Assembly (NCBI GenBank): GCA_050115475.1
Contig: JASFQL010000004.1
Location: 93,263-157,262, forward strand
Length of the DNA stretch: 64,000 nt
From: Anaerolineales bacterium
Lineage (GTDB): Bacteria > Chloroflexota > Anaerolineae > Anaerolineales > UBA11579
Reading direction: 5' to 3'
Position numbers and translations under genes: made by a program. The stretch's first letter is position 1. Each line of letters begins with the position of its first letter. Below are positions 57,763 through 64,000 of the stretch, piece after piece. Under the pieces are notes generated by a model. That model searched no databases. It was not told where the DNA came from and saw only the letters and a list, made by a program, of their open reading frames with translations.

Positions 57763-58431
57763 ATGGATAAGAACAGGTTAGAGAGAATTCGTCAAAAACA
57801 TCCGCGAGCTTATGAAAAATGGACAGAAGAAGAAGAGAATCAGCTTGTACAAAATTACAATGAGGGGCTTGATGTTGAACAATTGGCAAATTTGTTGCAA
57901 CGTCAACCTGGTGCAATTCAGTCTAAGCTGAAAAGTTTAGTAGGGTGGGAGAAGCCACCATCTGCTGGTTTCCATAAGGCTTATTTTATGCGGGTTTTAC
58001 TACGATTTGATTGGCTCCCTGTTATGAGAATAGAGGATGAACCGTATTATTTCCCCGCATCCATTTCGGGTTTTATGAATCAAACCTATAGTGGAGCAAC
58101 TGTTTATCGTTGGAATATATATCAAGAAGTCCCTGCCGATGTAAAGACGTTGTACATTGGGGAAGCTTTAAGTTTGTGCCCAAATAGACTGAATGGATAT
58201 TTGAAACCAGATTCTACACAGATGACCAATCAAAGACTAAATTCAATGTTTTTAGATTATTTAAAAGAGGGCAAAAAAATATTATTAGAAGTATTGAGAT
58301 TTGATAAACTCAATATAAATGGGATGGTTATTACTCCTGAAAAATTGAAAGATAAAAACTTTCGCATTATGATCGAAGCTATGTTAGTAACATATTACTC
58401 ACAGAAAAATTATCATTTATTGAATCTGTAA
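57763..58431 (+). CDS. Hypothetical protein: Myb-like HTH N-terminus plus GIY-YIG-like domain
   Basis: RAYEKWTEEEE...RQPGAIQS; TVYRW...LYIGEA...R..GY...IEA...LN; low GC. Confidence 0.55.
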   Translation: MDKNRLERIRQKHPRAYEKWTEEEENQLVQNYNEGLDVEQLANLLQRQPGAIQSKLKSLVGWEKPPSAGFHKAYFMRVLLRFDWLPVMRIEDEPYYFPASISGFMNQTYSGATVYRWNIYQEVPADVKTLYIGEALSLCPNRLNGYLKPDSTQMTNQRLNSMFLDYLKEGKKILLEVLRFDKLNINGMVITPEKLKDKNFRIMIEAMLVTYYSQKNYHLLNL

Positions 58432-58506
58432 GATGATATGGTTCAATGTCGGGGGGATTTCCTGCATAAAGAATGGGGAGGAAGCAATAAGGAAATTAGG
58501 TAGAAT

Positions 58507-58553
58507 CGTAGGGACGGGTTTATCGATCTGAAGGATCGCAACCCGTCCCTACG
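58507..58553. repeat. GTAG-type REP-like hairpin
   Basis: CGTAGGGACGGGTT...AACCCGTCCCTACG, perfect 14-bp arms. Confidence 0.8.
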
Positions 58554-58569
58554 TGGTTTTCTTTGAACG

Positions 58570-59496
58570 TTACTCTTTGATGGATTTCTTATCTTTCGGT
58601 TTTCGGACCTTACGGACTACCCACCAGCCGATCAAGAAGGGGGCAGCGATGAGGGCCAGAATGGGTATGAATACAACGACAACGTAGATGAGAAAGTTCA
58701 CGAAGCCCTGGAAGAAATTCACCAGCGTTTGGGCGGCGTCCCGCAAGACAGCCAGGGGTTTCCAACCTTCCACCGTGACCGGTTCGATAGGTTCTTCTTC
58801 CTCGAACTGGGTCAGGGTCACGCTGATGGCAGAATAGGCGGCTGATTCTTCGTAGTAGTTGATCTGGCCGCGGATGACTTCTGCTTCTTCGTTCACTCTG
58901 GTAAGCTCATTGTAGACCCGCAGCACGTCTTCGGTCTTCCTGGCTTCATCCATGATCAGGCGGAGCTGTTCGGCTGCATCCTCCAGGTTGCGCAGTCGGG
59001 AATTCAAATCGGTGTATTCCTTGGTCACATCCTGCCCACTCTGGTTTTTGGACAGCACCTCCACCGCCAGCAGTTCGATCTCGTTCAGAGCTTGCTTCAG
59101 GCGGTCCGCAGGGACCCTGATAGTGATGGTGGCATAAGGGATATCGGTGCCTTTTTTCCCCATGACCTGGCGTAGGTTGGATGAAACCACAAAGCCCCTG
59201 TAGGTCTCTGCCATCGAGGCAATGGTGTCCATCGCTTCTGCCGGGTCCATGGCGACGATGGAGATGTCGGCGTTCATGATGACGAGGCGCTCTCCCGTTT
59301 GCGGGGGGCTAGCCTCATGATTTGCGGCGCTGTCGGTAAAATCTTCAGCCTCATCCCAAATTTCACCACCCGTGTCGCCAGGGGCTATAGATGCCTCGTA
59401 ATTGAAGGCTTCATCTGCCGCGCTTGCACAGGCTGCCAGGCTGACCGAAAAAATTATCAAAACAATGCACAGGCAAGTAGATCTTAGTCTCTTCAT
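58570..59496 (-). CDS. DUF4349 lipoprotein
   Basis: LAAC lipobox; TIRVP and DVT.EY.DL..RL motifs; C-terminal TM. Confidence 0.85.
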   Translation of the reverse strand: MKRLRSTCLCIVLIIFSVSLAACASAADEAFNYEASIAPGDTGGEIWDEAEDFTDSAANHEASPPQTGERLVIMNADISIVAMDPAEAMDTIASMAETYRGFVVSSNLRQVMGKKGTDIPYATITIRVPADRLKQALNEIELLAVEVLSKNQSGQDVTKEYTDLNSRLRNLEDAAEQLRLIMDEARKTEDVLRVYNELTRVNEEAEVIRGQINYYEESAAYSAISVTLTQFEEEEPIEPVTVEGWKPLAVLRDAAQTLVNFFQGFVNFLIYVVVVFIPILALIAAPFLIGWWVVRKVRKPKDKKSIKE

Positions 59497-59590
59497 GTCG
59501 TCTTCTTCTCCTCTTATGTATATATACCTTGAAGACGTTGGATTTTCTTTTTAAGTTCCCAGTCGTCGACAGAAAAGCAGGGGAAATTTC

Positions 59591-60319
59591 TTACCAACCA
59601 CTCTCTAACCGGATGATGTGGCGTTCCGGCAGTTCATACTTACGCATGTCTTGTTGGACTTTGTCTATGTCATATTCCACCCGACGATATTCCCAGGTAT
59701 TCGCCTCCGTCTCGAAGATGGCGAAGGCTGCGCGCGGGTCGCGATCGCGCGGCTGCCCGACTGACCCAGGGTTGACGATAACGCGCGGTTTCAATTCGGT
59801 GACTTTATTTACCGGCGGGATTGACAGCCGGGACATGTACTGGTTATTCTCGATATAAAACATCACCGGCAGGTGCGTGTGCCCGATAAAACAAAAATCT
59901 GTGTCGAAGTGCGTGAAATTCTCGGTAGCTGCCCGGGTATCTAAAATATACTCGAATACGGGGTGGCGGGGGCTGCCGTGGGCGAGGGTCACGTTCCCCT
60001 GGATAGAAACTTTTGGGCGTTCCTGTAAAAAGGCTGTACTTTCCTGGGTAAGGCGGTTGTGAGTCCATTCCACCGATTTACGCGCTTCCAGGTTAAACGT
60101 GCTGATATCCAGCATGTTGATGGCTGCGGCGTCGTGGTTTCCCAACAGGCAGATAATTTTAGGTTGTTCACTCAACAGGGTGATGCATTCGTTAGGGTAC
60201 GGTCCGTATCCTACCACATCTCCCAAACACCACACGGCGTCTACATTCCCCGCGTCCTCAAGTACGGTTTCGAGGGCTGTGAGGTTTGAATGGATGTCGG
60301 TAAGCACAAGAACGCGCAT
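59591..60319 (-). CDS. Metallophosphoesterase
   Basis: DIHSN, LGDVVG, GNHD, GHTH and NPGSVGQPRD motifs. Confidence 0.93.
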   Translation of the reverse strand: MRVLVLTDIHSNLTALETVLEDAGNVDAVWCLGDVVGYGPYPNECITLLSEQPKIICLLGNHDAAAINMLDISTFNLEARKSVEWTHNRLTQESTAFLQERPKVSIQGNVTLAHGSPRHPVFEYILDTRAATENFTHFDTDFCFIGHTHLPVMFYIENNQYMSRLSIPPVNKVTELKPRVIVNPGSVGQPRDRDPRAAFAIFETEANTWEYRRVEYDIDKVQQDMRKYELPERHIIRLESGW

Positions 60320-60392
60320 AACTTATTTGTAGCAGAATTTTATTGAAAAGGGTTGTTTCTGCTACCCCGAAAAGATTCTACCATGTATGTGA

Positions 60393-61646
60393 TTATTCCG
60401 CTTCCGATGGAGGGGCTTCGTCCGGCGGGTTGAGTTTTGCCCGTACTTTATGGACGCGCCGCTCATTCAATTCTTCTACGGTGAGTTGGACGTTAGCATT
60501 GGTGAGGGTTTCTCCCTTTGCAGGAACACGACCTATCAGGTTGAAGATTAATCCCCCCAGGGTATCGGCATTTGCCGTGGGTAATTCACTCCCTAGGATT
60601 TCGTTGATCTCATCCAAAAGCACCCGGCCGTTGAAGATATATTCGCCGGGCCCTACCAGTTCGTAAGGCTCTTCTTCCTCTTCATCATATTCATCCTGGA
60701 TTTCGCCGAAGATTTCCTCAATGATATCCTCGAGGGTCACCAATCCGGCGATCCCCCCGAATTCATCGACGACGATAGCGATGTGGATGTGGGCAGCTTG
60801 CATCTCGTCCAGCAGTTCGTCCACTTTTTTCGTCTCAGGTACGAATTTGGCAGGTCGTAGCAACTCGCGTAAAGACCCTACTCCGTTACCGGCGCGCCAG
60901 GCTTTGAGCATGTCTTTGGTGTAGATTAAACCGATGACGTTGTCTTTCTGTCCGTCGTATACAGGGACCCGTGAAAAGCCCGACTCTAGGAGGATATCTG
61001 CCGCCTCTATTACGGGCGTTTTTACGTTCAGGCTGAGCATGTCTACCCTGGGGACCATGATGTCTCTGGCGATGGTATCGCCGAGTTGGAACACGGAGTG
61101 GATCATCTCGCTTTCGTCTTTTTCGATCTCCCCGGCCATCTGGCTGGCATCAACCAGGGTGATGAGTTCATCTTCCGTGATGGTCACGAAATAATGGCTT
61201 TCGAGACCGCGAGAGAAATGAAGCGGCAGCGCCAGAATCGGAGACAGCAGGTGGATGAGGAAATTGGCGATAGAGGTCAGCCGGACAGCCCATACTTCTG
61301 GATCCCGCATGATGCGGCGCTCGACGATGAATTCAGAAAGCCAGATGACGATGGCTATGGAGGCGAGAATGAGGAGCAGCCGGCCACCTGAAATGCCCGA
61401 AATAAAACCAGACAGCGCTAACCCGGCGATTAAAAAGCGGAGAATCGTTTGGGTCACTCTAAAAGTCGATCGTGATTTTGTGCGGTTGGTGAACAGCTCG
61501 ACAGTCTTATCGACGCTTTTGTTCTCGCTTTCTCCCAACGAGATGAGGCGGGGATAACGGGCGTTCAACAGCCCTGCCCGGATGGCTGTCACCAGGAGGT
61601 TGAGCAGGATCAGCCCTATGAGGAGGGCTATTTGTATATCAGTCAC
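60393..61646 (-). CDS. Hemolysin-family CNNM/CBS/CorC protein
   Basis: IMVPR, SRVPVY, VVDEFGG..GLVTLEDI and TLGG motifs; GTG start overlapping glmU. Confidence 0.9.
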   Translation of the reverse strand: MTDIQIALLIGLILLNLLVTAIRAGLLNARYPRLISLGESENKSVDKTVELFTNRTKSRSTFRVTQTILRFLIAGLALSGFISGISGGRLLLILASIAIVIWLSEFIVERRIMRDPEVWAVRLTSIANFLIHLLSPILALPLHFSRGLESHYFVTITEDELITLVDASQMAGEIEKDESEMIHSVFQLGDTIARDIMVPRVDMLSLNVKTPVIEAADILLESGFSRVPVYDGQKDNVIGLIYTKDMLKAWRAGNGVGSLRELLRPAKFVPETKKVDELLDEMQAAHIHIAIVVDEFGGIAGLVTLEDIIEEIFGEIQDEYDEEEEEPYELVGPGEYIFNGRVLLDEINEILGSELPTANADTLGGLIFNLIGRVPAKGETLTNANVQLTVEELNERRVHKVRAKLNPPDEAPPSEAE

Positions 61647-62991
61647 TTCTCTTCTTCTTTCGGATCGCCCTGGCAGGGATGCCAACGACGACCATGTTTT
61701 CTTCTACGTCTTTATTCACCACCGATCCGGCGCCTGTGCTGGCGCCTTTCCCGATTTTCAAAGGAGCGATCAACATCGTATCGCTGCCGATGAAGACATT
61801 ATCTTCGATGGTGGTATGGTGTTTTTGTTTTCCGTCGTAATTTGCCGTGATCGTCCCGGCGCCGATGTTCACATTTTTCCCGATGGTGGCGTCTCCAATG
61901 TAGGAGAAATGCCCCATTTTAACCCCCGGCCCGAGAGTCGCGTTCTTGACTTCACCGAAGTTGCCCATGTGGACGCCTTCTGCCAGATGCGCCCCTTTGC
62001 GGAGATGACCGAAGGGCCCGATGTCCACGTGATCTTCGATCTTGGCGGATTCAATCATCGAGGCGGTGATTTCACAATGGTTCCCCACCTGCGAATCCCG
62101 CAGGATGGCGTTGGGGCCAATGCGACAGTCTTCGCCGATATGGGTGTCGCCTTCGAGGAAAGTGTTCGGGTACAGGATAGTATCTTCCCCGATGCTTGCG
62201 TTCATACTGATGTACGTGGTATGGGGGTCGATGATCGTCACCCCGGCGAGCATCCACTTACTGTTGATACGCTCCCGTAGGATAGCTTCCGCTTCTGCCA
62301 GGTGGACGCGAGTATTGATACCCATGGCCTCGGCAGGGTCCTCCAGGACGTGCGCTTTGACAGGCTGCCCGGCAGAACTGGCCAGCCCGATAGTATCCGT
62401 GAGGAAGTACTCTTTATTTGAGGAAAGCGGGAGTTTTGGCAGATTTTCCCACAGCCAATCTGCCTGGAAGCAGTAGACGCCTACGTTGAGTTCTTTAATG
62501 GAAGCTTGTTCGGGCGTGCAATCCACTTCTTCCACGATCGCCGTCACATGTCCCGAATCATTTCGCAGGATACGGCCGAAGCCGCGTGGGTTATCGTTCA
62601 TCACCGTCAGGAGGGTCAATGGGCCGGGGTTGTCTTTCTGGATGTCAAGGAGCCGCTGTAAGGTGTCCTTGGAAATCATGGGGAGATCGGCGTTCACCAC
62701 GATGACGTAGTCCGATTTTCCCTCCAGCAATTCTTTAGCCTGCAAAACAGCGTGGCCTGTGCCGAGCTGTTCGACTTGGACGACGAATTGGGCTGCATCC
62801 CCCACGGTTTCTTTCACGGCTTCTGCGCCTTCTCCAACCACCACGACAGGGAGAGTGTCGGAAAATTCTTTAATCGCGCTGAGTGCGTGCCAGATGAGCG
62901 GCCTGCCTGCCAGAGGATGCAGTACCTTGGGCACTTTGGATCGCATCCGGGTGCCCTTACCGGCGGCTAATAAAACAACGGTTGTCTTCAT
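61639..62991 (-). CDS. glmU: Bifunctional UDP-GlcNAc pyrophosphorylase / glucosamine-1-P acetyltransferase
   Basis: LAAGKGTRMRS..PKVLH, GNFGEVKN, HFSYIGD and NYDG motifs. Confidence 0.97.
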   Translation of the reverse strand: MKTTVVLLAAGKGTRMRSKVPKVLHPLAGRPLIWHALSAIKEFSDTLPVVVVGEGAEAVKETVGDAAQFVVQVEQLGTGHAVLQAKELLEGKSDYVIVVNADLPMISKDTLQRLLDIQKDNPGPLTLLTVMNDNPRGFGRILRNDSGHVTAIVEEVDCTPEQASIKELNVGVYCFQADWLWENLPKLPLSSNKEYFLTDTIGLASSAGQPVKAHVLEDPAEAMGINTRVHLAEAEAILRERINSKWMLAGVTIIDPHTTYISMNASIGEDTILYPNTFLEGDTHIGEDCRIGPNAILRDSQVGNHCEITASMIESAKIEDHVDIGPFGHLRKGAHLAEGVHMGNFGEVKNATLGPGVKMGHFSYIGDATIGKNVNIGAGTITANYDGKQKHHTTIEDNVFIGSDTMLIAPLKIGKGASTGAGSVVNKDVEENMVVVGIPARAIRKKKRSD

Positions 62992-63144
62992 TTTCCCACA
63001 TCCTTACTGGGAATTAAAAACAACAGCCGCCGCGCCAGTTTGTTCACTGTGCGAGGCCTGTCGCTGCTTTGAGCGATATTTGGTTTATACTGATCAGACT
63101 CTTCTTCTGTCAAATCGATCCGTTCTTTTAGGGAAGAATTTTAG

Positions 63145-63215
63145 CCGGGGCGCCTGGATTCGAACCAGGATCAACGGATTCAAAGTCCGGTGTGCTGCCA
63201 TTGCACCACGCCCCA
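63145..63215 (-). tRNA. tRNA-Gln (anticodon TTG), CCA not encoded
   Basis: TGGGGCG...CCGGA-CTTTGAA-TCCG...CCTGG-TTCGAAT-CCAGG-CGCCCCG-G cloverleaf. Confidence 0.95.
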
Positions 63216-63519
63216 AAAAAAGTACCCGGCTTTGCCGAGCAAATGATTAAAAAAATTGTATCACATGCGAAGGTGAATGTGGGGAAGAATTTTTAATAAA
63301 GTGTGAATATTTTTATCAATTATATTTGACATTTCAGTTGGGGCGGCAGCAAAGAATGGCAATCTAGAATGTGACAGAATTAATGCATTGCGATCTGTAA
63401 ATTTTAGGTGTGCAGATCCCCCATTTAATATTGACAGCGATTAAAAGATCGCTAAAGGGTAAGGTCTGCTCCATACGACGTTAGACCTCAATAGGTTGAT
63501 CTAGCTGTGTGGGTTTTGG

Positions 63520-64000
63520 TTAACTGCTTGCAGTCTTTTGTTCACTATGAGTGTCTATGTAATCTAGGAATTCCTGTAGTGTGCTTTCATTAGCGAAAGC
63601 CTTCTTGGGAATGACAAAAGCATTTATTGAGCTAACGTATAAGAAAACATATTGATCGTTTTGCAACACTTTGGTGATCGCTGACCAGCTAGTTTTCGAT
63701 TCACTAGTTTGGGTTCTGACGAATATGCCCTCTGGTGACAATGATAATTCATGGTGACCAAGTACAGCCTTATTGTCCCCCTCTTTCAGTAATTTCCTTG
63801 CCTGGCGGGTATTAATCCATCGATAGAAAGGGAGATAAAAAACAAATATGATTAGTCCCCCAATGACGCTAGTAACAATCATACATAAATTTAGTTTGTT
63901 TGTGTCAATATAAAACATGAATAAGAACAAGATGAAACTGAGCACGCTGCCCCAGAATCGCGAAATCGATAACTGCCGTTGATAGTAAGGAGATTTGGAC
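63520..64000 (-). CDS. YcxB family membrane protein, 5'-truncated by the window edge
   Basis: Frame open to the window end; two TM helices then W..I.KV...Y.FLY....A.VIPK.AF. Confidence 0.8.
   Translation of the reverse strand, partial: SKSPYYQRQLSISRFWGSVLSFILFLFMFYIDTNKLNLCMIVTSVIGGLIIFVFYLPFYRWINTRQARKLLKEGDNKAVLGHHELSLSPEGIFVRTQTSESKTSWSAITKVLQNDQYVFLYVSSINAFVIPKKAFANESTLQEFLDYIDTHSEQKTASS

Noticed and set aside
63145-63215. tRNA-Gln as integration site with a duplicated 3' end
   Set aside because: No second copy of the tRNA 3' end was seen, and glmU lies directly downstream.
63260-63312. Third copy of the double-hairpin repeat (GGTGAATGTG)
   Set aside because: Only about 10 nt match and the complementary arm is missing.

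Overview
Bacterial chromosomal window; gene content and the non-coding repeats suggest Chloroflexota/Anaerolineae (inference, no database search). The centre of the window (about 25.28-25.64 kb) has the architecture of a chromosomal replication origin: DnaA boxes, a box+GC-run+DnaA-trio unwinding module and an AT-rich tract. Gene orientation and visible G/C skew switch there, a parS-like palindrome lies 1.2 kb away and dnaN 14 kb away, but there is no dnaA in the window. Pairs of NrdR-box-like motifs 31 bp apart lie among the DnaA boxes. Accessory low-GC inserts include a C5-methyltransferase/PD-(D/E)XK nuclease/HhH-GPD glycosylase island followed by a 140-bp duplication and an ACCTGT iteron-like array, a DarTG toxin-antitoxin pair, and a lone GIY-YIG-like gene. 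Other oddities are tandem SRPBCC-PDZ-DinB fusion genes, a dispersed double-hairpin repeat, a Cys-less thiolase with a Cys-less DUF35 partner, and a cytidylyltransferase fused to a degenerate GmhA-like domain. Housekeeping genes include ald, gdhA, dnaN, spoVS, mutS2, glmU and tRNA-Gln(TTG). All assignments come from reading motifs by eye.
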